Source of the DNA: an uncultured Pseudomonadales bacterium
GTDB taxonomy: Bacteria; Pseudomonadota; Gammaproteobacteria; Pseudomonadales; Azotimanducaceae
Reading direction: 5' to 3'
Length of the DNA stretch: 64,000 nucleotides
Assembly (NCBI GenBank): GCA_964548025.1
Contig: CAZJRI010000002.1
Coordinates: 26,175-90,174 of the forward strand
In this document: positions 55,034 to 64,000 of the stretch, one piece after another
How positions within the stretch are numbered: position 1 is the stretch's first letter
How the letters are laid out: every line of letters starts with the position of its first letter
Translations under genes and position numbers: made by a program
The notes under the pieces: generated by a model
What the model was told of the DNA's origin: nothing
The model's database searches: none
The model's input: only the letters and a program-made list of their open reading frames with translations

Positions 55034-55663
55034 ATGGCGTTAGTTTTTGACATAACACATCTCGGACCTTATCTTCCTGACGAACCTAACGGCAAATGGA
55101 TTGCTGCCAACGCAGTAAAGGTTAATGCGGGATACAACCTTCGTTTCATGCACCCGGATGGGTGGATCTTGAAAGACTACCGGGTTTTTCAGGTAGACCC
55201 TAACGAGGACGGAAGTAAGCCTGTCTTAACCGCAACCAAGACAGCAGCACCTGAAGGCTCACCGGCGAGGCCGGCAATAGGGCAAAAGGAGGTCCTTGCC
55301 CCGAATCCGGTAAATAACGGGAATACCGTCGGCAGTGCTGTGGATACCAAAAGAAAGATCATGAAAAAGTTTCTGAAAGACGGCACGATATTGCCCGCGT
55401 ATATCAATTGGCCAGATCCGGAATCGGACCCGATTACAAATCCAACACCGGTTCGATACCACAACCCGAATCAACCGGGTCAATCTACGTTCAAGAGATT
55501 TTCGACGAGTATTCCCAATGCGGTCGTAATCAGAAACCGGCAAAATCGAGGGTATATCAAAGGCGGGATCGTACCGGTTTTTGAGGTCATTCTTCGATTT
55601 GAAGATACCCTAAACGGCAACGCCCAGATACTGATAGATCCACCTATCAGAAACCAACGCTAG
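55034..55663 (+). CDS. hypothetical protein (209 aa), partner of the STAND gene
   Basis: ATG preceded by AAAGGAG at proper spacing, 23 nt after the STAND stop. No Cys, Pro/Asn-rich, no signal peptide or TM, no recognisable motif. Confidence 0.55.
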   Translation: MALVFDITHLGPYLPDEPNGKWIAANAVKVNAGYNLRFMHPDGWILKDYRVFQVDPNEDGSKPVLTATKTAAPEGSPARPAIGQKEVLAPNPVNNGNTVGSAVDTKRKIMKKFLKDGTILPAYINWPDPESDPITNPTPVRYHNPNQPGQSTFKRFSTSIPNAVVIRNRQNRGYIKGGIVPVFEVILRFEDTLNGNAQILIDPPIRNQR

Positions 55664-55725
55664 CTCTCCCCCTGGTATGCCGGTTGGTGATCGCCTTGAT
55701 CATCAACTGGCTTGTCTGAACTGAC

Positions 55726-56502
55726 TTATGCGTCTTTCAGATACCAGCGCGTACCGCAGATATCAACCTGATCATCGCTGACATAGCATCCACGCTTTTT
55801 TGCCTCAGTGAGAATATGCTCGCGATTATTAACGGCGATATCAAGACCACCCAATCCTGCACCGCGACCATCCTTTGCTTCAACGAATCGAATGGTAACG
55901 TTGTTAAAAGCCATGGAGAGTTCCGCACCGTTTCGCTCGACCGGTAAGTCAACAACCTTGCCCCACAATTCAGCAAGCCCAACAGGATCAGGACTTTGCA
56001 GTTCGACTGCCAGATAGTCACGGGTGATATCCTGTTTCACCTTGTCTTCCCAGCCAAGGCCGCCGACAGGATTCCAGTTTCCATTGAAGTCTTCATGGTT
56101 ATCGTACTGGACTTCGAGGAATGCAGCGATCATGTCACCGGGGTGAAGCTGACACAAATTCCAGTTCTCACTGCTTGCCTCCCAGGCAACCCGCACGTTG
56201 TTATCAAGCGCCCGCTGGCGAACTGCCTGTTGATTTTCAAGGGTATCCAATTGAGTAATCACCATATACCCGCCGTCACCAGCCCGGCGGTCCAGATATC
56301 TGCCCCCGGCAGTATTCTCTTCTACCGGAGCCACCACCTCCAGAAAATTCCGCCCTATTGGCATTAGTGTATTCTCAAGTCCGAATGTGCCAACACCGGG
56401 GTCGATGAAACACCTGTTAATACCAAGAATATTGGTCAGGTCATCGAGTACTGGTTCCAATTCGCTTGCAACGAGGCAGATCTGTCTTAGTTGAATTGTC
56501 AT
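55726..56502 (-). CDS. glyoxalase-like / VOC-superfamily protein
   Basis: N-terminal LRQICLVASELEPVLDDL...FLEVVAP resembles the glyoxalase-like domain. Family call is tentative. Confidence 0.55.
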   Translation of the reverse strand: MTIQLRQICLVASELEPVLDDLTNILGINRCFIDPGVGTFGLENTLMPIGRNFLEVVAPVEENTAGGRYLDRRAGDGGYMVITQLDTLENQQAVRQRALDNNVRVAWEASSENWNLCQLHPGDMIAAFLEVQYDNHEDFNGNWNPVGGLGWEDKVKQDITRDYLAVELQSPDPVGLAELWGKVVDLPVERNGAELSMAFNNVTIRFVEAKDGRGAGLGGLDIAVNNREHILTEAKKRGCYVSDDQVDICGTRWYLKDA

Positions 56503-56592
56503 CGTATTCCCCTCATAGTGTTCCCCTCATGGTATTTGTTGGTAGGTGTGGTCCGGGTCGACACTTCACAAGATCGAAATTTTTGAACTTTG

Positions 56593-57804
56593 TTAAACTA
56601 TTCCTTTCTCGATCAGTTCGTTGATCGCCTCATCGTCGTAGCCAAGTTCCTGCAGGATTTCCGCCGAGTGTTCCCCGTGACCTGGTGGTGGTTTGGGTTC
56701 AACATGGGGAACGCTAGTGACCTTTACCGGATGATTCACCAGAAGTTCAACCCCCATGCCGGGGTCCTTTGGACGAATGGCCATCCGATTTTCCAGAATT
56801 TGCTGATCGGTTGGTTTCTCTTCCACGATTGCCACACGGTTAACTGGCAGGTCCAGTTCGGTAAATAGCGCCATCCAGGTGTCTGAATCCTGGTTAGCAA
56901 TGATGTCCTGGATTCTGTCACCCAGTTCGGCTCGATTTTCCCACATCAGCTCAGGCGTACTAAATCTCTCTTCGAGCATTATTTCCGGTATTTCGAGTGC
57001 CGTGAGCAGCATCGTGAGAAGTTCAGTATTTCGAATCATATTGAATTGCAGCCAGCGATCATCTTTGCACTGGTAGACTCTGAACATAGCCGGTAGGTTT
57101 TCACGCATGTCTCGAAATTGACTCACATTGCCACCAGCGAGAGTGCCCTGGGCAATAGCAGCGCAAGACCAGAGGCCGTTTGCGAGCAGAGATGTATGCA
57201 CCATCGCACCTTCCCCTGTTTTCTCCCGGCGAAGAAGGGCAGTCACGATGCCTGCGTATATGGCCACACCTGTCGGATGATCACCCATACCGGACAATCC
57301 CTGAATCGGTCTTGTATCCCGACCGCGCATAAGATCCATCAGGCCGCTTCTGGCCCAGTAGGCAAGCTGGTCGAATCCCTTGCGGGTTCGCTCGGGTCCC
57401 TTTTCACCATAGGCAGTCAGCGAAGCGTATATCATGTCGGGTTTGAGGGCTTTTAGATCCTCATAGGTAAGTCCAAGAGATTCACGCACGGTTAGCGGAT
57501 GATTAGTGATGAATACATCGCACTGTTTAACCAGTTTGTGAAGTATGGCCATGCCTTCATCTGATTTGAGATCGAGTACAATGCCTCGCTTGTTTCGACC
57601 ATCCATCTGCCACATATAGTCTTCGGCTTCCTCCGGCGTTTCCTGCAGATCCTTGATGATACGAAGCATGTCGCCTTCACCCGGCTGCTCAACCTTGATG
57701 ACATCAGCACCAAAATCAGCAAGCATCATCGCAGCAGCCGGTGCTGCAATAACCGTCGCTACATCAAGTACTTTTAAACCTGAGAAGAGATAGTCGTCCA
57801 TCAA
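56593..57804 (-). CDS. family III CoA-transferase (CaiB/BaiF)
   Basis: LSGLKVLDVATVIAAPAAAMMLADFGADVIKVE, DVFITN, and GMGDHPTG with the catalytic-Asp region. Confidence 0.9.
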   Translation of the reverse strand: MMDDYLFSGLKVLDVATVIAAPAAAMMLADFGADVIKVEQPGEGDMLRIIKDLQETPEEAEDYMWQMDGRNKRGIVLDLKSDEGMAILHKLVKQCDVFITNHPLTVRESLGLTYEDLKALKPDMIYASLTAYGEKGPERTRKGFDQLAYWARSGLMDLMRGRDTRPIQGLSGMGDHPTGVAIYAGIVTALLRREKTGEGAMVHTSLLANGLWSCAAIAQGTLAGGNVSQFRDMRENLPAMFRVYQCKDDRWLQFNMIRNTELLTMLLTALEIPEIMLEERFSTPELMWENRAELGDRIQDIIANQDSDTWMALFTELDLPVNRVAIVEEKPTDQQILENRMAIRPKDPGMGVELLVNHPVKVTSVPHVEPKPPPGHGEHSAEILQELGYDDEAINELIEKGIV

Positions 57805-57952
57805 ATTCAGCCTTGGTCGGGTTAATGAGTCTGATAATAACCTTGCGAGGGGACCAGAGGGAAATCTTAAGGTTTGCGTCAGAAGATCGTGAAGCCACCT
57901 ACTCGCAAATGGCGCCTGGTATAGGCATTATTGGGCGTTATTCAATCGAGGT

Positions 57953-58747
57953 ATGGTCATGGATCTAGGCGTAGAAGGAAAAGTTGCCGTCATCACTGGC
58001 GGAAGCAATGGAATTGGTCGGGCTGCGGCAGAAAGGCTGTCAATCGAGGGTGCCCTGGTTGCCATCGTATCCAGAACCCAGTCTGATCTTGATCGTGTCG
58101 CAGAAGAAATCAGCAATGCATCTGGCCATGAGGTCGTAGGAATTGCAGCGGATGTCAGGGACGAGGAGTCAGTCCGGGCCATGATCGAGTCTGTTGTCTC
58201 CCGATGGGGTGGTATTGATATTCTGGTTAACAATGCAGGAACCTCCTCGGCCTCGAGGTTTGAGAAGATGACCAATGATCAGATCGAAGAAGACTTCACC
58301 CTGAAAGTGATGGGTGCGATCTATTGTGTACGCCATGCCCTGCCCCATTTGAGAACGCGAAAAGGGGCAATATGTAATACCACAACCCCAGGTGGCAAGG
58401 CACCTGGTGCTGGAAGTCAACCCACAGCATTATCACGCGCATCGGGCATTTCACTTACCAAGACCTGGTCAAAGGAATTCGCAGCCGATGGGATTCGAGT
58501 CAACACGGTATGTGTAGGGTTGCTCAAGAGTCGGCAACATCTTCTTCGCTGGGAGAAAGCCAACGAAAAGGATGCCGATTATTCCCTGGATGATCATTAT
58601 GAGAATATGGGTAAATCTGTCCCGCTTGGCCGAGTTGGAGAAGCGGCTGAAGCGGGCGATATCATCGCGTTTTTATGCTCTGCCAGGGCGAGTTATGTCA
58701 CGGGTAGCGCCATTAATGTCGACGGCGGTGTCTCTCCGGTCGTCTAA
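57953..58747 (+). CDS. short-chain dehydrogenase/reductase (SDR)
   Basis: TGGSNGIG cofactor motif, NNAG, and IRVNTVCVG. Confidence 0.88.
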   Translation: MVMDLGVEGKVAVITGGSNGIGRAAAERLSIEGALVAIVSRTQSDLDRVAEEISNASGHEVVGIAADVRDEESVRAMIESVVSRWGGIDILVNNAGTSSASRFEKMTNDQIEEDFTLKVMGAIYCVRHALPHLRTRKGAICNTTTPGGKAPGAGSQPTALSRASGISLTKTWSKEFAADGIRVNTVCVGLLKSRQHLLRWEKANEKDADYSLDDHYENMGKSVPLGRVGEAAEAGDIIAFLCSARASYVTGSAINVDGGVSPVV

Positions 58748-58782
58748 CGAAGAAGAAAGAAAAGCTGCTGATAACAGTACAA

Positions 58783-59685
58783 TTAGTCTTGCAGCGTCCG
58801 CTGCAATACTTCCAGTGGATCAGATCCTCTGCCCGCCTTTTCATCTTCGAGTTTCTTCTCGGCCAGTGCGATAAATCCGGCAATTGATTCTGTGAAGCCC
58901 ACGGGATCTACAAATGGATGAGGTTCTCCTGATTGACGCGTCTTCAACTGTTTACCCCGTTGAAATACCCGCCCCATAGCGGCATGGTTGGGGAGACTCA
59001 CCTGTATCTTGTCCTGCATTGATTTAATACGCGCATAGCTCTTCAGATAACTTTCCGTTCTGGCGACACCGGAGAAATTCAACCCAACGCCACCGAGGGT
59101 CATCGCCTGATATGACTGATTGCCGTCACGTACCTGGTAGGTCGTGGTCAGCACGCCTGTGGTATGTCCGGGTGTTTTAAAGAAAGTAACCCTGTTGTCG
59201 CCGAGATCAAGTTGATATCCATCGTCTACAACCTGCACAGAAGGAACACCAAATGCGAATCTCGGATCCTGGGCAGGTTGTCTGGATAACGCAAGGTCTT
59301 CTGCAGACATGAGCACTTTGGCGCCATACCTGTCCTGTAACACTTTGGCACCACCAGCATGATCGAAGTGGCCGTGTGTAACCAGCACGTAGCTAATATC
59401 TTTAGGGTCCAGTCCCAGTTTCACCATGCCATTGATGAGGTGGTCCACCCAATCGCCGTATAATGCATCGATCACCACGAGACCTTTGTCTGTTACCAGA
59501 ACATAGGCAGCGACCCACTCCATACCCACATAGTAAAGGTTGTCAAAAATCTTGAATGCAGGTATGGACTGCGTTTTCCTGTCGTTCCAGGTGGCCCACA
59601 AGGTTGCCAGTGGATCTTCTGCTTCTCCTGAATACGCACTAAACGTGGGACAGCATAACAGGCACAGAATAATCAACTTCTTCAT
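58783..59685 (-). CDS. secreted metallo-beta-lactamase-fold hydrolase, subclass B3-like
   Basis: Signal peptide. FKIFDNLYYVG, THGHFDHAGG (HxHxDH), PGHTTG and NHAAMG follow the order of B3 zinc ligands. Confidence 0.75.
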   Translation of the reverse strand: MKKLIILCLLCCPTFSAYSGEAEDPLATLWATWNDRKTQSIPAFKIFDNLYYVGMEWVAAYVLVTDKGLVVIDALYGDWVDHLINGMVKLGLDPKDISYVLVTHGHFDHAGGAKVLQDRYGAKVLMSAEDLALSRQPAQDPRFAFGVPSVQVVDDGYQLDLGDNRVTFFKTPGHTTGVLTTTYQVRDGNQSYQAMTLGGVGLNFSGVARTESYLKSYARIKSMQDKIQVSLPNHAAMGRVFQRGKQLKTRQSGEPHPFVDPVGFTESIAGFIALAEKKLEDEKAGRGSDPLEVLQRTLQD

Positions 59686-59829
59686 CTTGGATTCTCCACT
59701 GCAATTTCGCCTGATTTAAACAGACTTCAGTTTCCGAAAACTATTACACTAGGTGATAATATGCGAGTACTGATTTCCAACAATTGAATTACCTTCATCA
59801 AGTCGTGATAACAACCGGGAGAAATACCA

Positions 59830-60384
59830 ATGAGCAGGATTGAGGCGTTAAGAGAACAACTCGGTGGAATTCACCCGTTGGCCGCAGTGAAGGTGAAGGA
59901 CCATCTCGAACCCTACGTACGCGCGTATATCGAAAATGCGCCCTTTGCGGTCATGGCAAGCAGCAACTCAGATGGTGACTGCGATGCTTCACCCAAGGGC
60001 GGATTGCCTGGCTTCATCAAGATCGTGGATGATCGGACATTGCTCATTCCCGATGTTGGTGGCAATCGCCTGTTTCAGACCTACGACAATCTCGAAACCA
60101 ATGCCAAGGTCGGTCTGGTAATCATGATTCCCGGCATGGAGGTAACGGTGCGGGTAAACGGGAGCGTTCAGTTGCTCGAAGCAGGCGAACTGGCAGAAAG
60201 GAAGATTGAATCAGAGGTCTACGATCCTGACGACAATGCTGGCATCACGCAGGGCTTATTGCTTTCTATCGACGAGGCCTACTTCCACTGTCCACGGGCC
60301 ATGCGCTTCTCCAAAGTCTGGGATACTGAAACGATTGAGCAGAACAAAAAGAGATCGATCAAGGATCTGAAGCAGGACGACTGA
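59830..60384 (+). CDS. pyridoxamine 5'-phosphate oxidase-family FMN-binding protein
   Basis: NAPFAVMASSNSDGDCDASPKGG...IPDVGGNRLFQTYDNL...VGLVIMIPG is a PPOX-type split-barrel pattern. Confidence 0.7.
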   Translation: MSRIEALREQLGGIHPLAAVKVKDHLEPYVRAYIENAPFAVMASSNSDGDCDASPKGGLPGFIKIVDDRTLLIPDVGGNRLFQTYDNLETNAKVGLVIMIPGMEVTVRVNGSVQLLEAGELAERKIESEVYDPDDNAGITQGLLLSIDEAYFHCPRAMRFSKVWDTETIEQNKKRSIKDLKQDD

Positions 60385-60401
60385 GAGAAGCCGTTGATAG
60401 T

Positions 60402-61251
60402 TTAGACTTCATCGGTAATAAATTTCTTCATGACTTCAAAGGCTTTTGGATCATCCCTGTGGACCCCGTGGCCGCAGTCTGAAAATCTTTCCATCTGTAA
60501 ATGTGACGATGGTATCTGATCTGCCAGTTCCTCGATCGCTTCTATTGGTGTAATCGGATCAAGATCCCCGGCAGTGACGAGCGTCGGGCAGTTGATTGAT
60601 GAGAGCCCCTCCCGAAAATCAAATGTCCAGTTTTCGCCACCGGGCTGTGAAAAATGAAATAACTTCCGGTCTCATGACTGCCCTTTGCATTGAATCCGGA
60701 TCTTGTTGAGTTCTGCTATACAGCGGAAAACACTCTTTCACATAGATTTTTGTATTGTCCTCGTTTGGCCCGCCCCAGAAGTCGACCGCCGCATCTCGAG
60801 CGCTGTTACCGCCGAAGCGCTGGAATGCATCGAACACCCTTTCAGGCACCATTCTGGCAACGGTGCTTGCCAGAATCAGCTTGTGAAGCCGGTCGGAGTG
60901 ACGGATTGCATAGTTCTGCGCAACGAAACCGCCAAATGAAAGTCCGAGCACAATCGGTTTCTCAACGCCCAGCACTTCTGTCAGCCCGCGAAGGTCATCG
61001 GCCCACTGATCAAGGTTCCAGTTTTCCGATTTGTCGCTGTCACTGCGCCCCTGACCACGGTGATCGTAATAAATCAACTGGGCTACATCGGCCAGCGGAT
61101 TGAAATCAGGCTTCATGGTTGAGTGATCGAAACCCGGACCGCCATGCAGAACGAATACCACGGGACGTTCGACCATTTCTGGTCCGCTTGCGACCAATCC
61201 GGAACCGACAACGTCAACATAGAGACGGCAGCCGTTCACTTCGATACGCAT
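60402..61251 (-). pseudogene. alpha/beta hydrolase (prolyl aminopeptidase-like) interrupted by a +/-1 frameshift
   Basis: The listed ORF ends ...VMRPEVISFFTARWRKLDI* at 60619. My hand translation of the adjacent frame continues LFHFSQPGGENWTFDFREGLSSINCPTLVTAGDLDPITP...FSDCGHGVHRDDP...DEV* (stop at 60402-60404). That stretch supplies the catalytic Asp and His. Nucleophile GLSFGG is upstream of the shift. Confidence 0.7.
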
Positions 61252-61312
61252 TCTTTTCTCCTGCGACCTTGATAGTGTTAGTCTTACATGACACGTAGGG
61301 TGGAGCAATCTA

Positions 61313-61681
61313 TTGCACAAGTTATCAGGCGTTATATTGCTGTTGACTGTATCCACAGCTTTCGGCGAATCAAAACCGGCAACGGCGAAGGACTACACGA
61401 CCTGTGCTGTCTATCATCGAATGGTGGTAGGTTCGTTTATGCAGCGTGATGGCAATATGCAGATCATGGTGGATCTTGAGCGGGAGAAGATGGACGCGTT
61501 GATTGCAAAAGCGAAGTCAGCCGGAATTAAAGAACATGGAGAAGACGCTGCAGAAGACATCTTTTTGAAGGCGTGGCGCAGTACCCTTGCGGATATGACA
61601 GACAGGATTAACCGTAACTATGAGAATATCTCACAACTGAAATATACCTACAAAGAACGTTGTGACGAATTGTTGAAGTGA
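61313..61681 (+). CDS. hypothetical secreted protein
   Basis: TTG start 8 nt after GGTGGAG. Signal peptide KLSGVILLLTVSTAFG, then a helical acidic/basic body. I recognise no family. Confidence 0.45.
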   Translation: MHKLSGVILLLTVSTAFGESKPATAKDYTTCAVYHRMVVGSFMQRDGNMQIMVDLEREKMDALIAKAKSAGIKEHGEDAAEDIFLKAWRSTLADMTDRINRNYENISQLKYTYKERCDELLK

Positions 61682-61724
61682 TTGCTGTCAGCAGGCAACT
61701 TTTGTTTCAATCTTTTAGCGTTTA

Positions 61725-61750
61725 CAGGTCACCTCCGGGGAAGTGACCTG
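61725..61750. terminator. 8-bp GC-rich hairpin between the convergent hypothetical and BVMO genes
   Basis: CAGGTCAC-(10 nt)-GTGACCTG. No U-tract on either strand, so function is uncertain. Confidence 0.3.
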
Positions 61751-61760
61751 CCGGTCGGCG

Positions 61761-63239
61761 CTAGTTGTAATTGAATATGGGGTCTTCCAGATCAACCTTG
61801 GGCAATTCATCCTTCTCAACCCAATAATCCTGGGTGTGTTGCCACTCGGGTTTGTCACCTCTCTTTGGCATCAGATGCATCGATCGCATCAGATAACCAG
61901 GATTAAAGTTTTCAGGATCCATCCACGAGTGAAGGGGCATGTCCTGGTCCTCAGGACGGAGTACAGGAACAATAGACTTCTGACCATTTTCCTTCATCGA
62001 ATTCAATAGACGGCAAACGAAATCACTGACCAGATCGACTCTGAGTGTCCAGCTTGCGCGGAAGTACCCAAAGATCCACACCATATTCGGTACACCGGTA
62101 AACATCATGCCCCGATAGGTGACTGTGTCGGCGAAATCAACTGGTTTGTCATCAACAGAAAAGTTGATACCTCCCAGGACGCTGAGGTTGAAGCCCGTGG
62201 CGGTGACAATGATGTCTGCTTCCAGTTCTTTACCGGATTGAAGCAGGATGCCTTTCTCGGAAAACCGGTCAATTTCATCGGTCACCATGGTTGCTTTACC
62301 AGCTTTAATACCCTCGAATATGTCGCCGTCAGGCACAAAGGCGATCCGTTGCCGCCAGGGTCGGTACTTGGGTGTGAAATGCGTATCCACATCGTAGTCA
62401 GGCTCCAGGTATTCCTTTACGCCTGATAACAGTTCTTCCTTCACCGCCTCCGGTTCTTCAAACGAACGGCGGGTGAATTCATCCTGAAGGTAAAGAATCT
62501 GACGGCGGGCAATTTCATGAATCCAGGTCTCTTTGATGCCCAGTTCACGCAGTTGATCTGCCAGTTCATGTGCATTACGACCGGGAATGAAATAAGTTGG
62601 CGAGCGTTGCAGCACTGTAACGTGATTACAGTCAGCGGCGATGGCAGGAACCACAGTAGCTGTAGTTGCGCCCGAGCCGATAACCAGCACATTCTTGTCC
62701 TTGTAGTCCAGATCCTCCGGCCAGGTTTGTGGGTGGATGATCTCACCTTTGAACTTGTCCATGTCCTGCCATTCGGGCGTATAGCCCTGGGCATGCTCAT
62801 AATACCCCTGGCACATCCAGAGGAAATTACCGGTGAAGCGGACTGTCTCACCTGTATCTTTGCGGGTACCCTCAAGTGTCCAGAGCTTGTCCTCGCTGGA
62901 CCACTGGGCTGAACCGATATGATGGTTGTATCGGATATGCTGGGCGAGATCGTTCTCATCAATCACCTCGCCCATATAGCTTAGAATCTCTTCAGCCGTT
63001 GCAATCGGAGCCCCGATCCAGGGTTTAAATCTATATCCAAATGTATAAAGGTCACTGTCTGATCGTATCCCGGGATAGCGGTGCATGTACCAGGTACCAC
63101 CGAAGCTCTCTAATCCTTCAAGCACGACATAGCTCAGGTCAGGGCACTGATCCTTCAAATGGTAAGCGCCACCTACACCGGAAATACCGGCGCCGACAAT
63201 CAGGACGTCAAAATGTTCAGTCTTTTGTGCTGCATTCAT
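61761..63239 (-). CDS. Baeyer-Villiger-type flavin monooxygenase
   Basis: GAGISG FAD motif, BVMO fingerprint FKGEIIHPQTWP (FxGxxxHxxxWP), and second Rossmann GSGATT. Confidence 0.85.
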   Translation of the reverse strand: MNAAQKTEHFDVLIVGAGISGVGGAYHLKDQCPDLSYVVLEGLESFGGTWYMHRYPGIRSDSDLYTFGYRFKPWIGAPIATAEEILSYMGEVIDENDLAQHIRYNHHIGSAQWSSEDKLWTLEGTRKDTGETVRFTGNFLWMCQGYYEHAQGYTPEWQDMDKFKGEIIHPQTWPEDLDYKDKNVLVIGSGATTATVVPAIAADCNHVTVLQRSPTYFIPGRNAHELADQLRELGIKETWIHEIARRQILYLQDEFTRRSFEEPEAVKEELLSGVKEYLEPDYDVDTHFTPKYRPWRQRIAFVPDGDIFEGIKAGKATMVTDEIDRFSEKGILLQSGKELEADIIVTATGFNLSVLGGINFSVDDKPVDFADTVTYRGMMFTGVPNMVWIFGYFRASWTLRVDLVSDFVCRLLNSMKENGQKSIVPVLRPEDQDMPLHSWMDPENFNPGYLMRSMHLMPKRGDKPEWQHTQDYWVEKDELPKVDLEDPIFNYN

Positions 63240-63411
63240 ATACTACTCTTTTGTTTACCGGGTTCTGATAAGGTCGAAGTTGCAAGGTCAGGGCCTGGAA
63301 ACAAAATCGGAATCAAAACAACTTATTTTAAGTGAAAGGTAATAGTCTCATCCCAGTGCGGTCTCAAACAAGACCAAAAGCCTGGACCAGGCTCTTTCTG
63401 CCTGGGCTTCG

Positions 63412-64000
63412 TTATATACCGCCGAATCTGGTGGACACCAGCCGTGAAGTGCTCCCTCGTAAACTTCTAATCTTGGCCTTTGGATCTTTTTCATCATCAT
63501 TTGCGGCAATCGCAAAGAGAAAGCTGGCCTTCATTTCAGGAACCAGCAGGTGTGGGCTGTCTTCGGTGTCGGTGACCAGTCTGCCACCGTGGAACGAAGC
63601 GCCTGCACCGATGCGCGAGGGGAGTGCCGCGGCTGTTCGCATGGTGAAAGGTCCGCCCATGCAATATCCCATGGTGCCTATTTTCTGCTTTGTATTCACC
63701 GCTTTCTGAGCATCGAGAAATTCAACGAATGCAGTTGCATCAGTGACAACCGTCTTTGGAGATAATGAGCGAGCTAACGGAAATAACTTGTTGCGAACGT
63801 CAGGATTCTGAAAACTTGCACCTTCCTCCACCACGGGAGACTTCTCGCTCCGATAGTAGGGATTGACCACCAGTACCGAATAGCCTGATTCCGCAAGTCT
63901 TTTACCCATTGATCTGAATGCTGGTCTGAGTCCCAGGATGTCGGGCCATATGAGCACGCCAGGGTGGCTACCGCTGGATGGATGCACGAAATAACAATCA
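63412..64000 (-). CDS. dienelactone hydrolase-family protein (5' end outside window)
   Basis: GVLIWPDILGLRP, nucleophile region GYCMGG, and C-terminal HG. The frame stays open to the window edge. Confidence 0.8.
   Translation of the reverse strand, partial: DCYFVHPSSGSHPGVLIWPDILGLRPAFRSMGKRLAESGYSVLVVNPYYRSEKSPVVEEGASFQNPDVRNKLFPLARSLSPKTVVTDATAFVEFLDAQKAVNTKQKIGTMGYCMGGPFTMRTAAALPSRIGAGASFHGGRLVTDTEDSPHLLVPEMKASFLFAIAANDDEKDPKAKIRSLRGSTSRLVSTRFGGI

Noticed and set aside
1-64000. A search by eye for tRNA, rRNA, tmRNA, riboswitch or other structured RNA genes in all intergenic gaps longer than 70 bp.
   Set aside because: I recognised nothing resembling a cloverleaf, conserved rRNA blocks or a known riboswitch core. 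Small ncRNAs cannot be excluded without covariance-model scans.

Overview
The window looks like a gene-dense chromosomal segment, probably from an aerobic or facultative Gammaproteobacterium. That is inferred from two CTGT-N8-ACAG SOS boxes, a TTGAT-N4-ATCAA FNR/Anr box, a TonB-dependent receptor and a phoBR-pstSCAB-phoU supercluster. I support about 59 protein genes and saw no rRNA, tRNA, CRISPR array, integrase or transposase by eye. All family calls come from motifs I recognise in the supplied translations; no database search was run. Most of the backbone is CoA-dependent and oxidative catabolism plus periplasmic redox proteins, transporters and the complete Pho/Pst locus. Two visibly AT-richer accessory patches stand out. 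Patch 1 (46.4-49.9 kb) lies directly after phoU. It holds a small orphan ORF, an XRE-HTH/ImmA(M78) fusion translationally coupled to a PIN-like gene, and a DUF222-HNH endonuclease behind a near-consensus LexA box. The XRE gene has a consensus sigma70 promoter positioned to give a leaderless mRNA. Patch 2 (51.5-55.7 kb) is a two-gene cassette and my best candidate for an undescribed system. Its first gene encodes about 1170 aa: a DUF4062/TIR-like N-terminal domain, a STAND P-loop NTPase, a single transmembrane helix and a TPR array. The second gene is a 209-aa partner with no motif I recognise. Other notable items are a perfect FNR box with class II geometry ahead of a usp-usp-cytochrome c-ftsH operon, a beta-helix/cytochrome c operon ending in a Cys-rich ArsR, a DHOD/DPD-PyrK fusion, a coding 15-bp tandem repeat in a GMC oxidoreductase, and a frameshifted alpha/beta hydrolase.
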